64,000 nucleotides of DNA, from assembly GCA_050273025.1 (NCBI GenBank), contig CP158636.1:8556001-8620000 (forward strand). The letters run 5' to 3'. Positions 24,991 to 38,449 of this stretch are shown here, piece after piece. The position numbers and the translations under genes are program-made. The notes beneath the pieces are model-generated. The model saw only the letters and a list, made by a program, of their open reading frames with translations. It was not told the DNA's origin and did not search any database. Every line of letters starts with the position of its first letter. Position 1 is the stretch's first letter. Source of the stretch: Cenococcum geophilum. Taxonomy: Eukaryota.

Positions 24991-27184
24991 TATGTGCCGC
25001 GCCCTAGCGCTGTTATAGCTATTGTGTATTATAGACGGGAGAGCTAGCTATTACGTATATGCTACGAATAATCTAGAAATAGGCTTAACTTTAAAGTGTA
25101 GATTAGCCTTCTTTTTAGAGTTGCTTTAGTGTCGGAACGTTAATTATGTAACGTGGTTACGAGACTATATAGCGAGGTTAGCTAACCTGACCTTAGAGTA
25201 ACCCCTTACTTCTAGATAACAACCAACTACTAACTTCAACACCGCATACGTACCACTATAAGTGATATTCGTGCATGTTGATAAAGAGAGTTATACCGAC
25301 AATACCCTTAGGAACTAATAAATAAAGAATATAAGCCGTAAATAGAGAATGCTTTAGATATAGTAAAAAGGGATATATTTAAAGAAATTGCCAAACTTAC
25401 CCTTTTAAAAAGGTTTAACGTAGTTCTTCTTAGTCCTTAAATTATACTTATTTTATAAATTATACTTAATCGCTATAAAGTATTTTACCTTTAGTTAACT
25501 TAGAAAACAAATCGTCCTAGGGCTAAGTTGCGCTTTAGGATAAAAGGTAGAAGAGTATAAGTATCTAGGCTCTTCTAGCGCTAATATATAATATAACTCC
25601 CTTAATATACTTAGCGAAATTCAAATACTTAGAAAATAGAAGGAGGTATAAATTCTAATAGATAGCGGAGCTATTAGTATAGGCTTTATTAATACGAACT
25701 ACGCGAAAACTTAACGCTTAAATTTAAAGAAACTTAATAAGCCCTAAGGCCTATAAGGCTTTAATAGTAAGCCTTTAATATATAGTAAACTAACGTACTA
25801 CGCTCTTATAAAAATGCGGATAGGCGAATACCTTAAATACATTTCCCTATTTATAATACCCTTAAAGCATTATAAGGTAATACTTAGATATAAATAGCTA
25901 AAACGACATAACCCTTTAATTAGTTAGGTAAAAGAAATACTGAAATTCCGTATAACCTACTGCTAAAGTTATTACTTAAAATACCACTTACCCTATAAAT
26001 ATATATATAACTATTTAAATTTAAATTTAATATAATATAAATTGCCCTTACTATAAACCTTAAATTAATATAATAAGGTTATAACTGCTAATCGCGGTAA
26101 AGAATGCGAAGATAATATATTAAAACTCCTTAAAATTTATATAGTATAAGCCGCACCCTTTTATTTATTAGTAAAAAAATAAAACTATAAGATCTTTACT
26201 ATAATACTAGAAGATATTAAAAAGGCGTTAGAACTAAAGTAATATATTAACCCCTAACCTCTTATACCTAAAGAATATTATAATCTAATTAATACGTTTA
26301 AGAAACAATTTATAAACTAACTACCCCTATATTAGGGTAAGCACAATTTTAAGATAGAACTTAAACCTAGTATAACGCTAAAGTTTGGCCCGTTATACGG
26401 TATGTTATAAGAAGAGCTGCTTATAATATAATAATATCTTAAAGAGCACCTAGAGAAAGGATTTATTCGCCCTAGTTAATTACTATTTACCTTACCTATA
26501 CTATTTATTAAAAAACCTAAAGAAGGCTTAAGGTTCTATATTAATTATTAAGCCCTAAATATAATTATAATTTAAAACTAATATCTAATTCCTCTGCTTT
26601 AAGAAACGCTTAACCACTTAGTAAAAGTATAATACTTTATAAAGCTTAACATAGTTGCTGCCTTTAATTAAATCCGTGTTCGCGAAGGAGATAAGAAGTA
26701 TACGGCTTTTTATATATAATAGGGACTTTTTAAATACCTAGTAATGCCGTTTAGCGTAAAGAACGGTCCTAGTATATTTTAATAATACGTTAATAATACG
26801 CTTCGCGAATTCCTTAATATATTTATTACCGCGTATATTAATAATATCTTAATCTATTTATCTTTACTTTCTAAGCATTAGAAGCACGTCTAAATAGTCC
26901 TTAAATGTCTATAAGACGCGGGCTTATAATGCGATATTAAGAAATATAAGTTTTATATATCCGAAGTTATATACTTAGGCCTAATTATATCCCGCAATAG
27001 AATTAAAATAGACCCTAAGAAAATTGCTATAATTATAAACTAGGAAAGTCCTAGTAGTGTATAAAATATCTAAGGATTTTTAGGATTTACAAATTTCTAC
27101 CATTAATTTATTAATTACTTCTTAAAAATTATTTAGCTATTAGTAAACTTAATAAGGAAGAATATAAGATTTAAATAGACTACT

Positions 27185-30100
27185 TATATAATTACAGCAC
27201 CTATTGTACCAAACGCGTGCTTACGCGTTCGGTACACCAGGTACGCGTTTACGCGTTTAGTGTACTAACTACTTACTTACGCGTTTGGTGCACTTATAAA
27301 GCACTAACTAATTAGGGGGGAGGTGCATCAGTATATAGACCACGTAGTCTGCTTTATATAATCGACAGTTACCATCTAAATAAGCATACGATACTATATG
27401 TATTTCGTGCCCGTGGATATAACTTACTCGTGCTATTAAGTTAGTATAAACACTAATTAGTAAGCGCGCACAGATTAGTAATCACTTAATACCTCCCCCC
27501 AAGCGATACACACGACAGTAACTACTTATTTAAACTCCTAGTACAACCTACTAAAAGGTCGGAAGTCAGGGATTATAAACTTATCTCCAACTCTATATAC
27601 TTATTTAAGTCTTAGTACGGTTTACTAGAAGTTATAGACGCGAATATAGACCTATATAGAACCCCTATCCTTAACCCCCTTAAACCTTAAACCTCTTTAG
27701 ACCTTTTACGGAAACCTCTTACCCTCCTATAAACTATTACGGACCTATTAATTAATTTTACGGACTGTTATAAAACCTCCCCTACCCGTTATAAGCTGCT
27801 ACCACCCGCTACGCACCACACTATACTATAGTATAGTAGATATCAGCAAGTAAGTTAGCGAAGATTAAAAGAAGTGGAGATAAGGAGTTGACGTTACGTC
27901 TATAAACAATATTAACGATTATATTAGTTTTAAAATCCTTAAATATAAACACTTTAAGCTTATAAATAACGACTTATAGGAGTAATACTAGGAAGACTTT
28001 GCGGACTTTACGGAAGCTATTCTTAAGGCCTATAACCTTGTTACTATTTATAAACTATAAACCCTTTTACGTAACTAAGGTATATAGGTTAAAAGGAATA
28101 AACGAGTTACTATTATATAGTCCTTATATAATATAATATACGAGAAGGACCAAATGGAATAGACTAAAGAGGAAATCCTAAACCAGTTCCAAGAAACTAA
28201 GAAACTCTTTACTTCTTTTAAACTTAATATAATTACTAGCCTTATACCTAACCCACTTAACTAAATTTATTCTATAAACCTAAGCTGCTTTAAACTTAAC
28301 CTTATTAGCTAAAATATACCCTACTCTTAAGTTACGGATTATAATACCCCTATAAACTAAAATACGGACCAAATTACCCCTATTATTTAAGTTACAGATC
28401 TATAAGCCATATATCCGCAAGCCACGGATCTATAAGTTATAGATCCGTAACTTACCTAAGTAAAGACTTATAGTAAAGAGCTAGCTAACCTAGCTAAGCT
28501 CTATATTGACAAATCTAAGTATAGCGGTGAAAATGATAATTTTAACTTTAAACTAACTATCTTTACGGACCTCTGCTAGAAGGCTGATATTCCTAAATAA
28601 GAGTTTAGCTAAGCCTACTCTACCATACTGCGCGGCCTAGCACTTAACTACTACTACACTAACCTTAAGAGTAACCCCCTTGGTGTCCCCTTTAATAAGC
28701 TATACAAAGCTACCCGTAACTACTTTAAAGGACCAGAATATAGGCGTAATATCCTTACCCAATAGAATGCGACTAAGCTATAGACCGTAATTAATAAGAA
28801 TACCAAAAAATCGACTATAAAGTGTCTGTAAATCCTTATTAAAGACCTCCGGCACCTATAGCACAGCTTTAACGCTAAGCTTTAAATAGACGACTTCCTA
28901 TATAATAAACTTATTACAGCTTACCAGGAAGTAGAGCCTTATAAGTACACCTATTATAAGCCTATAAATACCTTAGCTGGCCTTATTAATAACCTACGCT
29001 CCTCTATTATAACGTACAAAGTTTTAAACCCACTAGGTAGCAGTTAAGCCTTCGCCACAGATATTTAATATCTATAGATAGACTTAGACGTCTACTTTAC
29101 GGACCGCTATTACCGCTAGCAGCACTTATACTAACCAAGTCCCACCTGTAACCCCTATAGTAACTCCCATATAAAAGTATACCCCCGTAGACAAATAAGC
29201 TAGAAATACTTTATGTGTGGTAAGGAAGGATGTTAGTCTATAAGGCATACCTAGGAAGAACGTAATAGGTCTAAAAAGATATTTAATAAACGGATTAGCC
29301 AGTTTATCTTAGAATATAAAGGAGAGAAAGAAGAGGAGCCCCCTAATAAGTTAATAGAAGCCCTTATAATTAACTTTAACCTAAATAACTAGAAATATGA
29401 GACCCTAGAGATATTCCTAACTACTTTTAGACCTTTTACGGACAGCTAAGCCTTTAATATTACAACCGTATTAGCCAACCGTTCCTTTATATACTTAGTT
29501 ACGCCTAAAAACTATTCCGTAAGTACCCCTATTATAAACGTTATAGATTACAAGCAGGACCTATTTATATATATCACTATAAAACGCTATACCCCTAAGA
29601 AATTCTACAGTGTTATAATTAATACAGGCGCCTTTAAGAAGTCCACTATAGGCTATAGATAATACCTTATATATAGGACCACCGTAAATAATAATACGGA
29701 CATTAATATTACGTAAACTAGGGCTGTAAACGTCCAATTCGGCATTAGCTTAACTGCATTAATTAAATTAGTTGTAGTTAAGACCCTAATTAGCCTAGTT
29801 AACTTCCATATAGTAAAAGCAGACACCCCTTTTTTACTTTACCTTACGGATATAGATAGGTTATAGGTTTACTATAACAATATTACGGATACCTTAATCG
29901 GCCCTGTAACTACCCTAGGAAGCAAGTATATTACCCTGCCAATTATATAACGATTTAGACACCCGTTCCTTATATAGGGAGAGACTTTACGGACCTATAT
30001 TTAGGAATCTTTTAACTATAACCCGTGCTACCTTACCAGTACGAAGATCCACTATCTATACCGCCGTTTCAGCCACCTATTAGCCGAAAAGCTATATAGA

Positions 30101-33100
30101 GTCCTTAAACGCTTTAGACACGATAATATTAACAAAAAGGCAGTTAATTACCTAACTAAATACTACTCCTTTTGCTAGAAATACGGACGTTCCCTAGGCC
30201 GATTTAAGTTCACTCTTTATAAGGACCTTAACTTTAACCACTTAGTATACATAGACATTATATATATTTACGGCAGCCCAGTATTATATATAATTAATAA
30301 GGCAACCCGCTACTAAGCCGCCCGTTAGTTGTAAAATATATCCGCAAAGTATACTTAGGATATTTTACGGACCTACTAGATTGATACGTACGTTAGACCT
30401 CCTAAGTATATTACCTACGACGCTAGTAGGAACTTTATTAGTAAGAAATTCTAGCAGTATACTACGGCCATGGCTATATTAACAAAAGCTGTTCTAATTA
30501 AGGCGTATTAGTCCGTTAGGCTTATTAAGTAAGCTTACCTAGCTCTACGGAAAGCTTATTAGATTATTATAGACAAGTATAAGGATATCTAAAAGGAACT
30601 AGCTTTACAGATGGCCGTAAAAGCCATTAATAACACCGCTAGCCCTAATAAACTAGTACCTACCCTCTTAGTTTACGGAGCCTACCTAAGGATAAGCAAC
30701 CTAGGCCCCCCTACCCCGTCTATTATAGAACAAGTAGCTATAATACGGAAGGTAATGGCTGAAATAGTTAAATTACGGGCTAAATAAACTATTAATAACG
30801 CCCTATACTACCGCAACGGACCTAATACAACCTTAGTACATAACCTCCCGCTTAACTCTGAAGTTCTTATATAGCGTAAAAGCGGCAGTTAGAATGGACC
30901 TTACCGTCTACTAGCCGTAGAAAACAAGATGTGCTGCGTATAGCTTTCTAGCGGGCTAACTAGCTTTAGAAGCACGTCCGTAAAACCCTACTTTTGGCCC
31001 AAAAACACCTATAATATTAAGCTAGATAAACTAGAAGCAACTGCTAAACTAGATAAACCAGAAATAACTACCGAATTAGATAAACTAGAGGCACCCTTGC
31101 CTACCCTAGAGGTCCCCTAGAAACCCACTAAACCTACTAAACCTACTATAAAGCGTGGCCGAGGACGCCCCTATAAGAATCCCGTAATAGAGAACCACTT
31201 AACCTCTATAGGCATATCCGTAAAGCAATCTCCGCCTATAAATATATTAGTTCTAGTATAGAAAACCCCTTTTACGGACTTATAGCGTAAAGAGATTAAC
31301 AAACTACTTAAAAAGGGTGTCTTTACAATTATAATGGAGAGAGACGTTCTATAAGGCGTCCGTATATTTAACTTACGCTTCGTTAATAAGATTAAGCACC
31401 TTAGTACTAATAAAGCCTTTAAGAAATTAAGGCTTATTATATAAGCTTATAACGACTAGGGAAAGGACCTAGTCCTTATATAATCGCCTATAATTTAACG
31501 GGTTAGTTAACGGATTATACTCACACTTACGCCTAGACTACAGCAAACTAAATTTGTAGCCCTTTACTTACGGAATATCTTATAAGCCTATATGCAGTCT
31601 AATACCTACTTAAGTAGGGATATCTTTATACGACTACCCTATAAGCTTAACCTATAACCAGGAATAATTTTATAGGTTGTAAAACCTCTTTACGGAGTAC
31701 TAGAAGCCGGAAACTATTGGTTTAAGATATACTACTAGCACCACGTTAGTAAACTTAAAATAGAATAGTTAACCTATAACCCCTACCTCCTATACAGCCC
31801 ATCAAACGGCCTTAGTATTGTTAAACTCTAAACAGATAATACCCTCTTCTTAGTAGACCGGACATTTGTGGACACTAAAGAGACTAAACTATAAGAAGCT
31901 AAGTTCCTGGTAAAGCCGTAAAAGTAGTTAACTAAGTAGACTCCAATTAAGTTTAACGGAGGCTTAATTATATAAAAGGGTAACTTAATCTAGCTAACCT
32001 AGGAACGCTAAGCTTAAAACCTAAAGCTTATTATAGTAAAGCCTATAGACCTTACTAGTTCCTATAAAAAGACCTATAAGACTATAAATATAAAGGACTA
32101 ATACGCTACATAGCGTATAAGAGGCGCCTATATTACCACAGTCTGCCAACCCAAATTTACCTATAACTTATCCTTTACGGCCCAGGCAGTAGATCCGTAA
32201 GAAAAAAATATTAAGTAGCTTAATAAGCGTATTTAGTAGCAAATTAACAATATAGTAAGGGGACTTACTTTTATACCACTAGACCTAAGTTCCCTTAGCT
32301 TACTAGCATTTACGGACGCCTCCTTTACTAATAATAAAGACCTATTATTATAAATTGGCTTTATAATTATACTTACGGACTATAATTAGGACATAAATAT
32401 ACTATACTGGTCTTTAATTAAGTATAAATAAGTAACCCGTAGTATACTAGCTTCTAAACTATATATACTAGCTTATGGATTTAATATAGCAGCCGCAATT
32501 AAATTAACGGTCTAGAAGATTCTATAACTAGAGTAGTTACCCCTAGTTTTATATACTAATTTAAAGTCCCTTTATAACTGCCTAGTTAAACTAGGTACAA
32601 TATAAAAGAAGAGGCTTATAGTTAACCTAATGTGCTTATATTAGGCCTATAAACGATGTAAGATTATAAAGGTTAAATAGATTAGCAGCGGAGATAACCT
32701 AGCGGACGCTATAACTAAGGTAAATCCGTATTAAGCCCTTAAAACCCTAATTAATACAAATAAGCTTAACCTAAAAGTTATAAAATAGGTAGAATAGGAC
32801 TAACGGAGTACCTACGGTACGCCTACGGCCCGTTAGAAGGCCATACGGCTTATTATACGGCCTATTCTACGGACCGTAAGCTATTAGGTAGAAAAACGGT
32901 GGAAAGCTATAATAAAACTTAGTAGACTTATATAACCTGCCAAATTCTACTATATTCTGCTATAGTGGTTAAATTAACTAATTACGATTTTCTATACCGG
33001 GTATGGAAAATCGCCATTAGCTCGCTTAGCACTAGCGCCTTAGCGGCCCTTAAAATCTAACTTATAGCTCATCTACTGCTTATTAAAAGGCCGTACGGTT

Positions 33101-33540
33101 TATTTTACGGACTATAAGTAGGACTTACGGCCAGCTTAAGGTACCGTTTAGAAGGCAGCCTAGACGGCACCTTAGGGGAGATTTCCTATATATTTTCCTT
33201 TATATTCTATGGTTTTATTAAAGCAATTACAGAGGCTATATATAGGTAGTTTTATTTTTTAAGTACTGCTAGTATATAATTACAGCACCTATTGTACTAA
33301 ACGCTTGCTTACGCGTTTGGTACACTAGGTACGCGTTTACGCATTCAGTGCACTAACCACTCGCTTACGCGTCTGGTGCACTTATAAAGCACTAACTAAT
33401 TAGGGGGGAGGTGCATCAGTATATAGACTACGTAGTCTACTTTATATAATTAACAGTCACTATCCAAACAAGCATACAATACTACATGTATTTCGTGCCC
33501 GTGGATACGACTCACTCGTGCTATTAAGTTAGTACGAACA
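27185..33540 (+). mobile_element. Second GalEa-like Ty1/Copia family, full length, inserted in the Gypsy RT-RNase H linker
   Basis: 268-bp LTRs at 27185-27452 and 33273-33540, TSD CTACT. The host frame FK[W]TT|K[CEQ]AF is restored on removal. Same motif set, CDS about 27832-32802. Confidence 0.95.
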
Positions 33541-35849
33541 CTACTAAATATAAATAAGCTTTTAATAACCTAAAATATTATTTTATAACTGCTCTAATTC
33601 TTACCTACTTTAATCCGGACCTTAAATATATTATTAAAATAGACTTGTCTAATTATATACTAGGAGGAATATTATCGCGATATAATAAGAACGGTAAGCT
33701 ATGCCTAGTAGCCTTTTTCTTTTAGAAACTTACCCCTACTAAATTAAACTATAAGATATATAATAAGGAACTACTTATAATTATTAGATGCTTTAAATAA
33801 TAGCGCCTAAAACTTAAAGGATTATTATTTTTAATATACGTATTAACAGACTATAAAAACCTATAGTACTTTATAACTATAAAGCAATTAATATAGCGCT
33901 AAATTTATTAGGCTGAATACCTTTTATAATTTAACTTTAAGATTATATACCGACCTAGCAAACTTAATTAAAAGCCTAACTTATTAATATAATAATTATA
34001 GGACTTACCTATAAATGCCTCTAATAAACGGATTATAAATTAATTACAAATTCTACTGCCCCCTAAATGCTTTAAAAAATTACGCCCTATATTTTTAGAC
34101 GTGGAGCTTAATAGAAATTAATTAGAAATTAATAAGTAGGATATAGAAATTAATAAATTAATAGAGTACAAATATAAGAACGACCCCTAAATAGTAGATA
34201 TAATAAAAGCAATTTAAATAGGGAAATGGTAATATAAGGATATTATACTCGCTAAATACAAAATCCATAATAATCGGTTATACTATTAATAGAAGATAGT
34301 AGTCCTAAATTCCAAACCCTTATAATTTAAGATACTTAAATTTATATATAATTCTCCTATAGTAGGGTATCCTAGCTATATAAAGACCTATAAAATTATT
34401 TAATAAGTATATTACTGGCCTATAATATACAACTATATATAAAAATATATTTAAGTATACAGAATGTGCATATATAGGAAGACCTCTTATATAAAGAAGT
34501 AAGGAGTACTTTAACTATTGCCAACTCTAATATAAAGATGGCGAAATATCTTAATTAACTTTATAATTAACCTGCCTAATAGTAATAGGTTTACAAATGT
34601 TATAGTAGTTATTAACTATCTTATAAAAATACGATATATGATTTCTATAGACTTAATTAATGTAATATTAATAGCTGAATATTTTATTAAGCACGTCTTT
34701 AAGCTATATAGACTTCCTAATTTAATAATATCTAACCGCGGAAGCTAGTTTATTTTAGACTTCTGGCAAGCCCTATATAAATAATTAAGCATATAAATAT
34801 AACTCTTAACTATATTTTATCTAGAGATAAACGGTTAAACTAAAATTGCGAACGCGATTATAGAATAATACCTATAAATATACTGCTCCTACCTGCAAAA
34901 CAATTGGGAAAAGTAGCTACCTTTAGTTAAGTTTACTGCAAATAATATAAGAAACAAATTAATAGGCGTGACGCCGTTCTACATAACCTATAGATAAGAC
35001 CCTTAACTTGGATTTAAACTATAACCCAAAATTAATATAATAGGACCTATAATTAAGAGAATTTAACTTATTAATTAAATAAAGCAGTTAACGGAACTAT
35101 TACGAAGTAAATTAGCGTACGCTTAAATGGTATAGAAATGGCATATAAATAAAGGACGAGCTTCCGTATAGAACTTTAAGGAAGGTAATATAGTTTACCT
35201 AAATATATAAAACCTAAAGACTTAATAACCCTTAAAGAAACTAGACTAGAAGTTTGCGGGCCTATACTAAATTAAGAAGAAACTAAGCCCGTACGCTTAT
35301 AAGCTTAAACTGCCAACTAAAATAAAAATACATCTAATATTTTACGTAAACTTGCTATAACCCTTAAAAGGTAAACCTATAACTCGCGAAGGACCACTAC
35401 GATCTCCTATAATTGTTAACAACAGTAACAGTTCTTACTTTATTAACTTAATTAATAATATATAATAAAAGATATAGTCTAAATAATTTAAACTTCTTAT
35501 TAAATGGAAAGGATATAAGATATAAACCTGGGAACCTTAGAAGTAAATTAAGACCGATACGCCTTCCCTAGTAAAAGAATTCTATAAGGACTATCCTTTA
35601 CGGCCTACATTGGCCGGATGGATATAATATAAAAGCAAATAATTGCCACCTAATATAAATACACGAAATATAATAGCAGGAAGCTTAAAATTAAAAAGAA
35701 CTTAAAATATATTACGACATTTATAATACAATTACGTAACACACAAGATATTAAGGAACTTTAACCGCCGGTTAAAGTTGTCTAATTAGTTAGATCCGCC
35801 TTACTAAGACCTACTACAAAGATGTTAGTTCTACTTACCGCCTTAACTA

Positions 35850-36321
35850 CAGTCAACTGCAAAAGATCGTTTAATCGCTTAAGCTCACCAACAGCCGGCA
35901 TTTGCACCCGTCAAAACAACATACCCTATATATCCCCACCAATATAGCTTTATATTTTATAAATAGAGGCCTATTTTATAGCTCTATCCTAGGGCTATAA
36001 AATAAGCCCTTATTTAGATAGATTAGACTAATATTGGTGGAATTATATAGAACGGCTGTAAAACTTGAATTAAGGCTCTACGCTAACTAATCCGACACCT
36101 CTACCTCTAAAATAAGTACCCCCTACAACTCTACTAAAATAGCCCTAAGTTATATTAATAACAGCTTATTTTATAGCCCTAGAATAGAGCTATAAAATAG
36201 AGCTCTATTTATAAAATATAGAGCTATATTAAGGGGGCTATATAGGGTATATTGTTTTGACGGGTGCAAATGCCGGCTGTTGGTGAGCTTAAGCGATTAA
36301 ACGATCTTTTGCAGTTGACTG
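35850..36321. mobile_element. Tc1/mariner-type MITE (472 bp, about 160-bp inverted arms)
   Basis: TA|CAGTCAACTGCAAAAGATCG...CGATCTTTTGCAGTTGACTG|TA; no coding capacity. Confidence 0.92.
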
Positions 36322-36800
36322 TAAGCTAATAGTAATTTTCCATCCCGGGGATGGAAAATCCTAATTAGCCCATTTAACAATAGAATTGGCAAAATCTTAT
36401 ACTACCACCCGACGCGAAAACACAACACGCAATAAGTTATAAAGTCTTAACTAAAATTAAATTATTTGGACGTTTAGCTAAAAGGGGGGTACTATAACGG
36501 GACTAGCCTAGTTACAGTAGAAATATCTTAGTGAAACACTTAATAGATAAATTCCAACGCTTTAACCAAATTCTACTAGATTAATTAAATTCTACTAAAG
36601 TCCGTTAAAGACCGCGTGCGTATATACGCACGCATTAACTACTAAGCCCCTAACTATTTAATTATATAATTCTCTTGTTATTCCTTTCTCTTCTTTACGT
36701 AACGTCTTATTCTCTACAAGAGCTATACCTGTAGATTTAGATAGAAATTATATCATTCCTTCAAATCTGCCCCGAAGCCTCTTCGCGCCCTTATAAATAC

Positions 36801-38360
36801 TAAAAGTTAAAAAGCTTAATATTGTTGTAGACTTCTGGCCCAGTATGCCTATTATAAATTGTCTCCTTCCATAAAAGCTACGCTACTTTATATTAGGTCT
36901 AATTCTAGAGAATAAGGGCACTTTAAAGAGTACGTATAGTGTTCTTAGGAATATATTTAGTAGCAATAATAGTAAATACGGGTTTTAAAAGGGCCATCTA
37001 GGGTATAAGGAAGAATCCTTTAACAATAGTAAATTAGTCTTAATTAATAGCAATTAGAAGACTATAGACCTCCTCCAATCTATATAACAAGAGCGCTATT
37101 TTAAAAAGCGTCACTACAAACAGCTAAAATAGTTTCTTCCTATAGCTAGATTGTTCCATTAGCGAACTAACTATATAAATATAATATACAATATTTATAG
37201 CGGACCATCCAACTGCTTTAAATCATTGGATTATAGCAAGGTCTACCTTAGCGCGCATTAGGGTTATAGGACGCCGTTTTATTATAAAGAGGAATTCGCA
37301 ATTAAGTCCTTTAACGCCTAAATTACTGCCTACTTCCTTAGTCTTCTTCCTTAAATATTAAGAACTAGGGTAATAAGGGGGTTAATAATTAGATTACCGG
37401 ACAAGATATTAAAAGAGGTAATAAAACGGCAGTAGTAAGAGTAAAATTCCTTACTACCTTATAGCGCATTTAAGAGGAGTTCTTCTCGCCTAGCTAACGG
37501 TCCTATAGTAATAAACTAGTTAATCAGGTGTTCTAAAACCATATTCAATTTATACAAGATATAGAGGTCTACCTTACATTAAAGTTTGCTATTAAGTATG
37601 CTAATATTAGGCTTATTAAACAGGTAATTATTTACTACTATCTTCTCTTTACTAGTAGTATAAAGAGTTAATATACATAGTTGGCTTTATATCTTACTAG
37701 ATTACTTATAATTAAAGCCACAGATTAAGTCCTCTAAAGATTATTACTTACTAGCATATTAGTTAATTATAGAGGCTAGTAAAATAGTTAGTTTAAGATA
37801 AATTAACTTAACAAACATCACAACCTTATTCTTAAGCTTCTTCTTTAAGGCCGACGGTAAACCAGTTTAGATATAACAGAGTTATTTACTTAAGTATTAC
37901 TTACCGCTAGTTACTACCTAGAGCTACGGTATACTATAGAGGACGCGTTTAGCTAGTTTAATAGCACATATTATACGCTAGCTAACGCAGCTACTAATAT
38001 ATATTATCTTGTACTTAAGTTATTAACTATTATTATAAGGCGGCCTAGTGGACGAAAGAGTCACCTTAGCTATAAGGATATTGTTAATATTAAAACCTAG
38101 AGGCTCTCTAGGGGTTTAAAGGAAAGACAGCCTATAAAGCTACCTTCTAAATTAACCTTATTATAATTAGAACCTTTTAAAGCTAAAAAGTAAAGAATTC
38201 TAAAACAACTAGCTTACTATAATTTACTTATTAATAGCTTTAATACAAAGCTATAAGGGCGTATTCCTATAGTAGAAGGCCTTAACAATATTAATACAGA
38301 TAAGCCTAAGACAATACTAATTAATACCTTACTTAATAGAGCTGCACTTAATACTTAATC
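36801..38360 (+). pseudogene. DUF6589-like putative DDE transposase, 3' part (end approximate)
   Basis: LG[P]ILEN[E]GTLK[G]TYSVL, LVLIN[GDQ]KT, [W]FLPIA[G]LFH[W]R.NY, AIKYA[D]I[G]L, [W]F[EMD].LN[E]HHNL near 37790-37830. Confidence 0.75.
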
Positions 38361-38449
38361 TTATAGACTTCCTATCTAGTTCTAGTATTCTATTTAATTA
38401 GTAAGTTAACTATCTATATAAGGTATAACACTAATTAATATATAACTAT

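Larger units (their letters stand above)
19024..25301 (+). mobile_element. Ty1/Copia element (GalEa-like), full length, inserted in the Gypsy gag
   Basis: 172-bp LTRs at 19024-19195 and 25130-25301, TSD ATACC. Polyprotein about 19667-24763 with DTPFLL, HNSIGMVERY, RDI[SQ]AYVQS, KPLY[G]VP[E]A[G]N[H]W, GL[Q]T[DD], TDSKSLY, EKRL[M]I[D]. Confidence 0.95.
17732..36795 (+). mobile_element. Full-length chromoviral Ty3/Gypsy element carrying two Copia insertions and one MITE
   Basis: 303-bp LTRs at 17732-18034 and 36493-36795, TSD AATAC, PPT AAAAGGGGGG. Gag KLP[D]P.IF[DG]; protease ILIDSGA near 25652; RT AYI[DD]ILIY near 26830; RNase H NY[E]IY[D]KEL near 33747; integrase; chromodomain LLIKW[E]GY...TWEP near 35490-35540. 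Confidence 0.95.
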
